From: Sphingomonadaceae bacterium
Lineage (GTDB): Bacteria > Pseudomonadota > Alphaproteobacteria > Sphingomonadales > Sphingomonadaceae
DNA length: 64,000 nt
Direction: 5' to 3'
Assembly (NCBI GenBank): GCA_041396945.1
Contig: JAWKXP010000006.1
Span: 16,310 to 80,309 of the forward strand
Position numbers and translations under genes: made by a program. Positions within the stretch are counted from its first letter, which is position 1. Each line of letters opens with the position of its first letter. Below the pieces are notes generated by a model. It was not told where the DNA came from. It saw nothing but the letters and a program-made list of their open reading frames with translations, and did no database searches. Shown here piece by piece: positions 29,000 through 37,517 of the stretch.

Positions 29000-30049
29000 A
29001 TGTCGGCAGCGGACCTGATTGCGCGCCACGCCATTCTCAATGCACTGGCCGTGCACAGCCGGGGGCTGGACCGGGCGGACGCGAACCTGCTCGGCGCGGC
29101 CTACCATCCCGATGCGACGGTCGATTACGGCTTCTTTACCGGACCGGCAGCGGACTTCGTGCCGATCATTATCGGTGCGCAGAAGGCGGGTGGGGTAACG
29201 CTGCACCGCACCGCAAATTGCGAAATCAGGGTTTCTGGCGACCGCGCGGTCTCCGAGAGCTACGTCATCGCCTATGCCGAGGAGGCCGAGGTCCAGCGCA
29301 CCATATTCGGGCGCTACCTCGACCGCCATGAGTGCCGCGACGGCCTCTGGAAGCTGACGCACCGCACCTATGTGCTCGACGGCAATACCAACCGCGCCAG
29401 CACCGTGATGCGCGGCGATCCGCCCGCCGCTCACGACAATTATGTGCCCGAAGGCGGCAAGGGTGCCTCCGATCCGGGCCGGGCCTTGCTCGCCCACCAC
29501 GAAGCCGCCAGCCGCAGATTACAGGGAGCCGGATCGATGACCGCAGAAACCGACGCACTCGACGAAGCGCTTTCGCGCGATGCCATCCGCAGGCTGGCCA
29601 CGACCTACAGCCGCGCGGTCGATCGCGGTGACAAGGAGATGCTTGCCTCGATCTTCTGGGACGATTCGGTGGTGATCTCCGGCCTCGTCAATGCCTCGGG
29701 CCATGTCTTTGCCGACCAGATCGTCGACTATGTTGTCGCCAACCTCGACTATTGTTTCCACTCGATCGCCAACGAATGGATCGAGGTGAAAGGCAACCAC
29801 GCGGTCGGCGAGCACTACATCATCGCGCATCAGAGCAGCGGCGGGCAGGACGTGATGACCGGCGGTCGCTATATCGACAGCTACGAGCGTCGCGACGGCG
29901 TCTGGAAGATCGCCAGCCGCACCTTCGTGGCCGACTGGAACACCGCGCACCCGGCCTCGATGGAACTCGACGGGATGTACGAACCGCTGAAAACGCGCGG
30001 CTCCTATGGTAAGGGTGACCCGATCTACGCACATTGGGAGAGCCTGTGA
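29000..30049 (+). CDS. Tandem two-domain SnoaL/NTF2-like protein
   Basis: Two repeats of SR..DR....GRY.D.(H/Y)E.RDG.WK...RT. Confidence 0.85.
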   Translation: MSAADLIARHAILNALAVHSRGLDRADANLLGAAYHPDATVDYGFFTGPAADFVPIIIGAQKAGGVTLHRTANCEIRVSGDRAVSESYVIAYAEEAEVQRTIFGRYLDRHECRDGLWKLTHRTYVLDGNTNRASTVMRGDPPAAHDNYVPEGGKGASDPGRALLAHHEAASRRLQGAGSMTAETDALDEALSRDAIRRLATTYSRAVDRGDKEMLASIFWDDSVVISGLVNASGHVFADQIVDYVVANLDYCFHSIANEWIEVKGNHAVGEHYIIAHQSSGGQDVMTGGRYIDSYERRDGVWKIASRTFVADWNTAHPASMELDGMYEPLKTRGSYGKGDPIYAHWESL

Positions 30050-31257
30050 CCACTGCCGCCATCGACTGTCCGCCCCATGTCGACCCCTCGCAGGTCGTCG
30101 ACATCAATATCTATGCCTTGCCCGGGCAGGAGCGCGATTTCCACGCCGCGTGGAAGGCGCTGCAGGACGCATCGCCTGACATCGTCTGGACACCGCAGAA
30201 CGAAGGCCACTGGATTGCGCTGCGCGGCGATATCCTTGCCGAAGTGCAGTCCGATCATGAGCGCTTTTCAAACCGCGTGATTATCCTGCCCAAGTCGGTG
30301 GGCGAGGGGCATGGCCTGATCCCGACTACCATCGATCCGCCCGAGCATCGCCCTTATCGCAAGCTGCTCAACGACGGCATGGCACTGGGCAAGGTGCGCG
30401 CGATGCACGATTCGATCCGCGCGGTCGCCGGCGAACTGATCGACGGGTTCGTCGCCGAGGGGCGCTGCGATTTTACCCGCGACTATGCGCTGGTCTTCCC
30501 GATCCGCATCTTCATGGCGCTGACCGACGTACCCATGGCGGACGCGGAAAAGATCATGTTCTGGGCGGCCTGCATGACCCGGCCCGACCAGCCGCTGAGC
30601 TTCGACGAGGCCAAGGCGAATTTCTACGAATATCTCGCGCCCGTCATCGAAGCGCGCCGCGCGCAGCCGGGCGAAGACCTGCTCAGCCACCTCATCAACA
30701 CGCCGATGGTCGATGGCCGCGTCGTCGGGCATGACGAGGCGCTGGCGCTTTGCACGCAGATCCTGATCGCGGGCGTCGATACCGTGGTCAATTTCCTCTC
30801 GTTCGCGATGCTGACTATTGCCGCCGACCCGGCGCTCCAGAGCGAGTTGCGCGGGCGCGAGTTCAACGGCGTGCTCGCTGCCACGCACGAGCTGTTCCGC
30901 CGCTTCGGCCTTGTCATCATCGCGCGAACCGTGCGGCACGACATGGAATTCCACGGCGCCCAGCTCAAGGCGGGCGAGCTGGTCTGCATCCCGACGCAGG
31001 TTCACGGCCTCGACGAGCGGATCAATCCCGAGCCGATGACGGTCGACCTGGCGCGCAAGAGCGCGCGGCACTCCGCCTTCGGCAGCGGCCCGCATATGTG
31101 CCCCGGACAGGAACTCGCGCGCGCCGAAGTCGCGATCACGATCGAGGAATGGCTCAGGCGCATCCCCGAATTCCGCGTCGCCGCCGATGCCGACACCGGC
31201 ATCTCGGGCGGCATCGTCGCGCAGGTCAACCGGCTGGTGCTGGAGTGGGACGCATGA
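30046..31257 (+). CDS. Cytochrome P450, CYP101 family (CYP101B-like)
   Basis: WTPQNEGHWI, LPKSVGEGHGLIPTTIDPPEH, AGVDTV, ELFRR, FGSGPHMCPG; GTGA overlap. Confidence 0.92.
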   Translation: MTTAAIDCPPHVDPSQVVDINIYALPGQERDFHAAWKALQDASPDIVWTPQNEGHWIALRGDILAEVQSDHERFSNRVIILPKSVGEGHGLIPTTIDPPEHRPYRKLLNDGMALGKVRAMHDSIRAVAGELIDGFVAEGRCDFTRDYALVFPIRIFMALTDVPMADAEKIMFWAACMTRPDQPLSFDEAKANFYEYLAPVIEARRAQPGEDLLSHLINTPMVDGRVVGHDEALALCTQILIAGVDTVVNFLSFAMLTIAADPALQSELRGREFNGVLAATHELFRRFGLVIIARTVRHDMEFHGAQLKAGELVCIPTQVHGLDERINPEPMTVDLARKSARHSAFGSGPHMCPGQELARAEVAITIEEWLRRIPEFRVAADADTGISGGIVAQVNRLVLEWDA

Positions 31258-31664
31258 GCGAGACCCGCAAAGGCGGCTGCCTCTGCGGTGCCGTGCGCTA
31301 TGAAGTCGTCTGGCCGCCCAAGAGCCTTGTGGTGTGCCATTGCACCGATTGCCAGAAGCAGGCGGGCACCGCGTTCTCGGTCGTCGGTGTTGCCGCGCGC
31401 GAGGATATTGCGGTCGAGGGTGAGCTGGCAACCTTCAGCCACGCCGGCACCTCGGGCCAGACGGTCAACCGCCGCTTCTGCGGTGCCTGCGGCTCGCCGG
31501 TGCTTACCGATACCGAGATGGCGCGCAAGGACGGGATCATCTTCTTCAAGGCGGGCACGCTCGACGAAACCGCCGACCTTGCGCCGACTGCCCACTTCTG
31601 GACACGCAGCGCACAGCATTGGTTCACGCTTCCCGAAGGCGTGACCTGCCTCGAACAACAATAG
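31254..31664 (+). CDS. GFA (glutathione-dependent formaldehyde-activating/CENP-V) family protein
   Basis: GGCLCGAVRY, CHCTDCQK, FCGACGS. Confidence 0.9.
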   Translation: MSETRKGGCLCGAVRYEVVWPPKSLVVCHCTDCQKQAGTAFSVVGVAAREDIAVEGELATFSHAGTSGQTVNRRFCGACGSPVLTDTEMARKDGIIFFKAGTLDETADLAPTAHFWTRSAQHWFTLPEGVTCLEQQ

Positions 31665-31674
31665 GGAGCCGACA

Positions 31675-32421
31675 ATGGGCAAGATGGATGGCAAGGTTGC
31701 ACTGATTACCGGTGGCGCATCGGGGCTGGGCGCAGCCGATGCGAGGACGCTGGCGGCGGAAGGCGCGAAAGTCGTCATCACCGATGTCCAGGACGAGCTG
31801 GGCGCTTCGGTGGCTGCCGAGATCGGCGATGCCTGCCTTTACCTCAACCACGACGTGCGCGACGAGGCGCGCTGGGGCGAGGTCGTCGCCGAAACCATCG
31901 CGAAGTTCGGGCGGCTCGATACGTTGGTCAACAATGCGGGACTGGTGCGCTTCGGCAATATCGAAGAGCTGTCCTATGCCGATTACAAGTTGCAGGTCGA
32001 TGTCATGCTCGACGGCACGTTCCTCGGCTGCCGGGCGGCGATCCCGCATATGAGCAAGGACGGCTCGGGCGCGATCGTCAACATGGCCTCCGTCGGAGGC
32101 CTCAAGGCGATCAGCGCGATCCCCGCCTATTCCGCTGCGAAGGCCGGGATCATCGGCATGACCCGTTCGGTCGCGATCCATTGCCAGGAGCAGAAGTACC
32201 GCATCCGCTGCAATGCCATCGCGCCGGGCGGGATTGCCACGCCGATGACACAGCAGGCGCTCGACGAATTGCCGGACGGCGATCCCGGTCTCGATCAGGC
32301 CGAAACGCACGGCATGGGCGAGGTCGCCGACATCGCCAACATGGTGCTTTACCTCGCCAGCAGCGACGGCAAGCACATCACCGGCACCACGATCACCATC
32401 GATAATGGCGAGACGATGTAG
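31675..32421 (+). CDS. SDR oxidoreductase
   Basis: TGGASGLG, NNAG, YSAAK. Confidence 0.9.
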   Translation: MGKMDGKVALITGGASGLGAADARTLAAEGAKVVITDVQDELGASVAAEIGDACLYLNHDVRDEARWGEVVAETIAKFGRLDTLVNNAGLVRFGNIEELSYADYKLQVDVMLDGTFLGCRAAIPHMSKDGSGAIVNMASVGGLKAISAIPAYSAAKAGIIGMTRSVAIHCQEQKYRIRCNAIAPGGIATPMTQQALDELPDGDPGLDQAETHGMGEVADIANMVLYLASSDGKHITGTTITIDNGETM

Positions 32422-32423
32422 CA

Positions 32424-32443
32424 ACCTCGCCTTTCTCGCAGGC
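32424..32443. promoter_or_regulatory. lux-box-like site
   Basis: ACCT-CGCCTTTCTCGC-AGGC. Confidence 0.65.
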
Positions 32444-32450
32444 AGCCCGC

Positions 32451-32470
32451 CCCTATCGAATCGGCCAGTA
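32451..32470. promoter_or_regulatory. lux-box-like site
   Basis: CCCT-ATCGAATCGGCC-AGTA; CAATAA at 32492 (31.5 bp). Confidence 0.6.
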
Positions 32471-32496
32471 TCGCGTCGCCGCGCAGTGCGGCAATA

Positions 32497-32520
32497 AAAA
32501 CAGGCAGCCATGCCGGTTTT
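32497..32520. promoter_or_regulatory. 24-bp TetR-type operator, type A
   Basis: AAAACAGGCA-GCCA-TGCCGGTTTT. Confidence 0.7.
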
Positions 32521-32548
32521 GGCCGGATGGCGAGAGAGGCAATGCTGA

Positions 32549-33082
32549 ATGGGCCAGAATTTCGATCTTGAAGCCGAGGTGCGCGATCTTGCCGCGCGGC
32601 GCGATATTACCGACGCGGTGCAGCGCTATATGCGCGGGCTCGACCGGCTCGACCCGGCGATGCAGCGTTCGGCTTTCCATGACGATGCCTATATCGATGT
32701 CGGCCTGTTCAAGGGCGGGGCGGACGATTTTGTCGAGTTCGCGCAGGGCCTGCTCGCCGCGATGGAAGCAACCCACCACTTCCTCGGCCAGATCCGCATC
32801 GAGATGCGCGACGCCGCAAACGCCAGCGGCGAGTGCTATTTCCAGGCCTGGCACGACAGCCGCAACGAGGATGGCGCGGAGCGTGACCTGTTCATCTCGG
32901 GGCGCTATATCGACGAGTACAGCTGCCGGGATGGCGTCTGGCGCATCGCCAAACGCAAACTCATCACCGACTGGATCACCGACGATCCGGCCAACCGCGC
33001 GTTCTGGAACCAGGACCCGCCGCCGCTCGCGGGCGGCAGGCGCGGCGAGGATTTCTCCGACCGCCGCGACTGGCCCGACTGA
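32549..33082 (+). CDS. SnoaL/NTF2-like protein
   Basis: RYMRGLDRLD..FHDDA..GRYIDEYSCRDGVWRIAKR. Confidence 0.85.
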   Translation: MGQNFDLEAEVRDLAARRDITDAVQRYMRGLDRLDPAMQRSAFHDDAYIDVGLFKGGADDFVEFAQGLLAAMEATHHFLGQIRIEMRDAANASGECYFQAWHDSRNEDGAERDLFISGRYIDEYSCRDGVWRIAKRKLITDWITDDPANRAFWNQDPPPLAGGRRGEDFSDRRDWPD

Positions 33083-33106
33083 CCGACCAATTCGAAGGAA
33101 GCGACA

Positions 33107-34432
33107 ATGAACGTTGAAAGCAAGGTCTCCCGCTATTCGCAGGAATTCGATCCGCCGGTGCGCGGCGATACGATCACCGCCGATCGCTACATCACCAAGG
33201 AGTGGATGGAGCTGGAGAACAAGTATCTCTGGCCCAAGGTCTGGCACCTCGGCGCGGTCGTTGCCGAGTTCGAAGAGCCGGGCGACATCGTGCGCCACAA
33301 TTTCGGCAAGGAATCGGTCATCATCGTCAAGCAGGACGATGGCTCGTTCAAGGCGTTCTACAACACCTGCCCGCATCGCGGTAATCGCCTGATCCTCGCC
33401 GACGAGACCTCGGTGCCGAAGATTACCTGCGGCTACCACAACTGGCAGTTCGACCTCGATGGCAAACTGTCAAAGGTGCAGGATCCCGACGATTTCGAAG
33501 GCGGCGATCCGTGCAATCACGTCACGCTGACCGAGGTTCGCTGTGATGTCTGGGGTCCGTTCGTATTTTGGTGCATGGACGATGACGTCAAGCCGCTGCT
33601 CGAATGGCTTGAGCCTTATCCCGAGCGGCTTGCAGGCTACGGCCTCGAAAACTGGGTGCGGGTGATGAACCTCTCCGCCGACGCGGACTTCAACTGGAAG
33701 ATCATCCGCGACAATTTCAACGAGTCCTACCACCTGCCGACGATCCACCCGGAACTGGCGACCTTCATCAACGACGGCCTGCCCGACACGCTCTTCGAGA
33801 TGTACCCGTCGGGCCACAACTCGATGTGGATGAAGGGCCATCAGGCGACGACGCGCGTCGACTATCACACCACCGAAGTCCCCGCGCCGCTCGACGACAT
33901 CGCGCGCGCCTGGGACATCGACCCGGCGGAATACAACGGGCGCACCGGCGACCTGCGCGCCGCAATCATCGAAGCCAAGCGCAAGCTTGGTCCCGGTCGC
34001 GGGTTCAAGAACTACGACGACATGACCGACCAGCAGCTGGTCGATTATTTCCACTGCACGATGTTCCCGAACCTGACGCTGACGATGTCGCCCGAACAGT
34101 GCCAGATCCTGCGCACCGAGCCGCATCCGACCGACCCGGAAAAGTGCGTCTTCCAGCACTGGTGCATCTATCCGCCGGTCGAGGGGATGGAGACGGTCGA
34201 AACCCCGATCGGCCCGCTGCCGCTGCAGCACGATGCCGAGCGCCGCCACTCAAGTTACGGCGACGGTGTCTCGCTCGGCTTCGTTGCCGATCAGGACCTC
34301 TCGATTGGCACCAGCCAGCAGCAGGGCCTCAACTCGCGCGGCTTCAAAGGCTTTATCCTGCCGGGGCAGGAAAAGCGCGTGCAGCGCTTCCACGAACTGC
34401 TCAACGACATGGTGCTGGGGCACGGCGAATGA
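33107..34432 (+). CDS. Rieske oxygenase alpha subunit
   Basis: CPH..CGYH, NWK..DNFNESYHLPTIH, DQD. Confidence 0.93.
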   Translation: MNVESKVSRYSQEFDPPVRGDTITADRYITKEWMELENKYLWPKVWHLGAVVAEFEEPGDIVRHNFGKESVIIVKQDDGSFKAFYNTCPHRGNRLILADETSVPKITCGYHNWQFDLDGKLSKVQDPDDFEGGDPCNHVTLTEVRCDVWGPFVFWCMDDDVKPLLEWLEPYPERLAGYGLENWVRVMNLSADADFNWKIIRDNFNESYHLPTIHPELATFINDGLPDTLFEMYPSGHNSMWMKGHQATTRVDYHTTEVPAPLDDIARAWDIDPAEYNGRTGDLRAAIIEAKRKLGPGRGFKNYDDMTDQQLVDYFHCTMFPNLTLTMSPEQCQILRTEPHPTDPEKCVFQHWCIYPPVEGMETVETPIGPLPLQHDAERRHSSYGDGVSLGFVADQDLSIGTSQQQGLNSRGFKGFILPGQEKRVQRFHELLNDMVLGHGE

Positions 34433-34971
34433 TCGTACCCGGCGTCCCCGGCCAGCATGTCATGCAGAACGCCTTTATCGTCGATGACATAGAGGCGGCT
34501 GCGATGCGCTGGATCGGGGCGACCGGGATCGGCCCGTTCCTGCATGTTCCGCATGTCGTGCTGGAGGAATACACGCACCGGGGCGAGACCCGCTCCGGGC
34601 TCGATTTCTCGGTCGCGTTGGCGCAGTCCGGCGGCGTGCAGATCGAACTGGTGCAGCAGCACTGCGACAGCCCCTCGGCCTATCGCGACACGATCGCCAA
34701 GGGCGAGACCGGCTTTCACCACATGGGCATCTACGTCGCCGATTACGACGCGGCCTATCGCAGCTATGTCGATCAGGGCTTTGTCGCCGCGGTGGACGGC
34801 ACCTTCGGCAATATGCGGTTTTCCTACATCGACACCTCGGCGGCCATCGGCTGCATGATCGAACTGATCGAGGAAGACCCCGACCAGACCGATTTCTTCA
34901 AACGCATCGCCGCCGCCGCCGAAGGCTGGGACGGTGTGACCGACCCCATTCGACCCGGATTTCCGGGCTGA
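34429..34971 (+). CDS. VOC/glyoxalase family protein
   Basis: QNAFIVDDIE..GIGPF..QIELVQQ..GFHH..MIELIE; ATGA overlap. Confidence 0.85.
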   Translation: MIVPGVPGQHVMQNAFIVDDIEAAAMRWIGATGIGPFLHVPHVVLEEYTHRGETRSGLDFSVALAQSGGVQIELVQQHCDSPSAYRDTIAKGETGFHHMGIYVADYDAAYRSYVDQGFVAAVDGTFGNMRFSYIDTSAAIGCMIELIEEDPDQTDFFKRIAAAAEGWDGVTDPIRPGFPG

Positions 34972-34991
34972 TCCGAGACAGGAGAGCACAG

Positions 34992-35441
34992 ATGACCGTA
35001 GCCATGCCGTTCGAGGACCGCCTCGCCCTGCAAGACCTGATGACCGCCTATTGCTATGCGGTCGATGACATCGGCAATGTCGAGCCGCTGCTCGATCTGT
35101 TCACCGACGATGCCGTGCTCGATTTCCGTAAGATCGGCCTGCCGCTGATGAATGGCAAGGGCGACATCCGCGCGTTCTTTACCGGCGTGTTCGGCGACAT
35201 GTCGCACCACGCGCATTACATCACCAACTTCCGCCCGGAAGCCTTCGGCGGCGATACCGCCTCGATGTCTGCTTACGTCATCGGGATGGGCCGCGCCAAT
35301 GACGGCAACGAGGTTGTCGCCAACGTGCAGTACCGCTTCGATTGTGTGCGCACCGATGCCGGCTGGAAGTGCAAAAACTATTCGATGTTCTCGATGATGC
35401 CCGTGCCCGACAGCATGGCCGAAATCCACGGCGAACGCTGA
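34992..35441 (+). CDS. SnoaL/NTF2-like protein
   Basis: EDRLALQDLMTAYCYAVD..LFTDDA..H.ITN..VRTDAGWK. Confidence 0.85.
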   Translation: MTVAMPFEDRLALQDLMTAYCYAVDDIGNVEPLLDLFTDDAVLDFRKIGLPLMNGKGDIRAFFTGVFGDMSHHAHYITNFRPEAFGGDTASMSAYVIGMGRANDGNEVVANVQYRFDCVRTDAGWKCKNYSMFSMMPVPDSMAEIHGER

Positions 35442-35467
35442 GCCGAGCGAACAGAAGGAGACGCCCC

Positions 35468-36814
35468 ATGTCCGCCTATATCGAAGTTCCCGAAAAGAAC
35501 GCGCCCTATCCCACGCACCCTTCGGCGAAGTTTCCCGAAGTGCGCGGCGATCCCATCGGCGGCGACCGCTACTGGTCGAAGGAATTCGCGGACAAGGAAT
35601 GGGAGCACATGTGGAAGCGTGTCTGGCATGTGGGCGGGCGCGAGGCGCAGATTCCCGAGGCGGGCGATTACATCACCCACAACTTCCGCCACGAATCGGT
35701 CATCATGGTGCGTCAGGAGGACGGCTCGGTCCGGGCCTATTTCAACGTCTGCCGTCACCGGGGCAACCGGCTGGTTTCCGCCGACGAAGGCGCTGTCGCC
35801 AGGCATTTCGTGTGCCCCTACCACAACTGGAAGTGGAACATCGACGGTGCGCTTGACGAGGTTCAGGACCCGGAAGATTTCCCGCAAGGCAATCCTTGCG
35901 AGAAGCTCCGCCTGAAAGAGGTTCCCTGCGAAACCTGGGGCGGTTTCGTGTTCTACAGCTTCGATCCCAACGCGCTGCCGCTGATGGAATATCTCGATCC
36001 GATCCCCGAACTGCTCGGCAATCGCGATCTGGCGAACTGGAAGCGCGTCGTCTGGCGCACCTTGCGGGTCAACACCAACTGGAAGTTCGCCTCGGACAAT
36101 TTCAACGAGGCCTATCACATCCCTGCGGTCCATCCGCAGTTCCAGCCGATGATCGACGATCACTACTCGACCACCGTGTTCGAGATGTACCCGTCCGGCC
36201 ACAACCGCATGATCGAAAAGCTCCAGCCGTCCTCGCGTTATGAGACGGCGGATTCGGTCATGCCGCTCTGGGCCGACGTGCTTGGCGAATGGGGTCTCGA
36301 TCCGAAGGACTTCGAGGGCCGGGCACAGGAAGCGCGGCTGGCGCTTCAGGAAGCGCGGCGTCGGATGGGGCCGGAAAAGGGCTGGAACCATTTCGCAAAG
36401 CTCAGCGACGATGAACTGACCGACCAGTTCCACCACACCTGCTTTCCCAACCTGACGCTGACCGGCACGCCCGAAGGCCTCCACGTCTTCCGCACCGAGC
36501 CCGACGCGGACGATCCCAACTGGTCGACCTTCGACTACTGGTATCTCTCGCCCGAGATCGGCGAGAGCGAGGAGATCGCCACGCTCTACGGCATGCGCCC
36601 CTTCGAAGAGGCCGAGCACGAGACCGACGATTTTACCGACTATGAAACGACGATCGCGCAGGGCGATTTCCTGATCCAGGACCTCTCGCTCGCGGTGACG
36701 CAGCAGCAGGGCCTGCGCTCGATGGCGCACGAGGATCACTACCTCGCGAAACAGGAAAACCGCGTGCGGCGCTTCCATGAGGTCATCAACGACTACATCG
36801 AAGGGCGGCGCTGA
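35468..36814 (+). CDS. Rieske oxygenase alpha subunit
   Basis: CRH..CPYH, DNFNEAYHIPAVH, IQD; SD AAGGAG. Confidence 0.93.
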   Translation: MSAYIEVPEKNAPYPTHPSAKFPEVRGDPIGGDRYWSKEFADKEWEHMWKRVWHVGGREAQIPEAGDYITHNFRHESVIMVRQEDGSVRAYFNVCRHRGNRLVSADEGAVARHFVCPYHNWKWNIDGALDEVQDPEDFPQGNPCEKLRLKEVPCETWGGFVFYSFDPNALPLMEYLDPIPELLGNRDLANWKRVVWRTLRVNTNWKFASDNFNEAYHIPAVHPQFQPMIDDHYSTTVFEMYPSGHNRMIEKLQPSSRYETADSVMPLWADVLGEWGLDPKDFEGRAQEARLALQEARRRMGPEKGWNHFAKLSDDELTDQFHHTCFPNLTLTGTPEGLHVFRTEPDADDPNWSTFDYWYLSPEIGESEEIATLYGMRPFEEAEHETDDFTDYETTIAQGDFLIQDLSLAVTQQQGLRSMAHEDHYLAKQENRVRRFHEVINDYIEGRR

Positions 36815-36832
36815 TACCGGGGATGCCCTGAC

Positions 36833-37420
36833 ATGCCGCTGATCGTCGACAAGGCAGAACGCCGCGCCACGGTTGCGCGCGTGGCGTTCGATCTTGTCGC
36901 CGACAATGGCATCGGCGCGGTGACTTTCCGGCAGGTGGCGGATGCGGCGGGTGCATCCACCGCGATCGTCAGCAACTATTTCCGCGACAAGAACGACCTC
37001 CTCTTCGAGGTCTATCGCCTCGCCAACCACCGCGCGATGGAGCGCCTTGAGGCGTCGTTTGCGAAAGGCGCGGAGCTTGTCGATTGCCTTGCGCAGGTGC
37101 TGCCCGTCTCGCGCGAGATGCAGCGCGGCTGGCGCGTCTGGCTGGCCTTCTGGGGCCTGTCGCACTCCGATCCCGAGTTCCAGCGAGAAACCGCCGAAAA
37201 CGCGAGCGCGAGCGTCGAGCTTTACCGCCGCATGCTCGCCCGGCGCTATGGCGGCGAGCCGGAAGCCGCGCACATCGAAGCCAAGGCCCGGCGTCTCGTC
37301 GCGACAGTCGGCGGGCTGGGTCTGCAGGCCTGCCTCGCCCCCGCCGACTGGCCGCTGGACCGGTTGCGCGCGATCATTGCCGATGAAATCCGCGCGTTCG
37401 ACGACCTCGCCGACTGGTGA
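36833..37420 (+). CDS. TetR family regulator (BetI/PksA-like C-terminus)
   Basis: MPLIVD..ERR, VTFRQVA..AG.S...VSNYF..K, RVWLAFW. Confidence 0.9.
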   Translation: MPLIVDKAERRATVARVAFDLVADNGIGAVTFRQVADAAGASTAIVSNYFRDKNDLLFEVYRLANHRAMERLEASFAKGAELVDCLAQVLPVSREMQRGWRVWLAFWGLSHSDPEFQRETAENASASVELYRRMLARRYGGEPEAAHIEAKARRLVATVGGLGLQACLAPADWPLDRLRAIIADEIRAFDDLADW

Positions 37421-37442
37421 TGCGCAGCAGCACCTATTTTAT

Positions 37443-37456
37443 ATGACAGTCGTCAT
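37443..37456. promoter_or_regulatory. Operator candidate
   Basis: ATGAC-AGTC-GTCAT in an AT-rich patch between the TetR and the flavoprotein operon. Confidence 0.5.
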
Positions 37457-37517
37457 TTTTAAGCGGCGGCGATAGTCAGACTGGCAAGACAATGCACCAG
37501 CATTGCAGGAGAGATGT

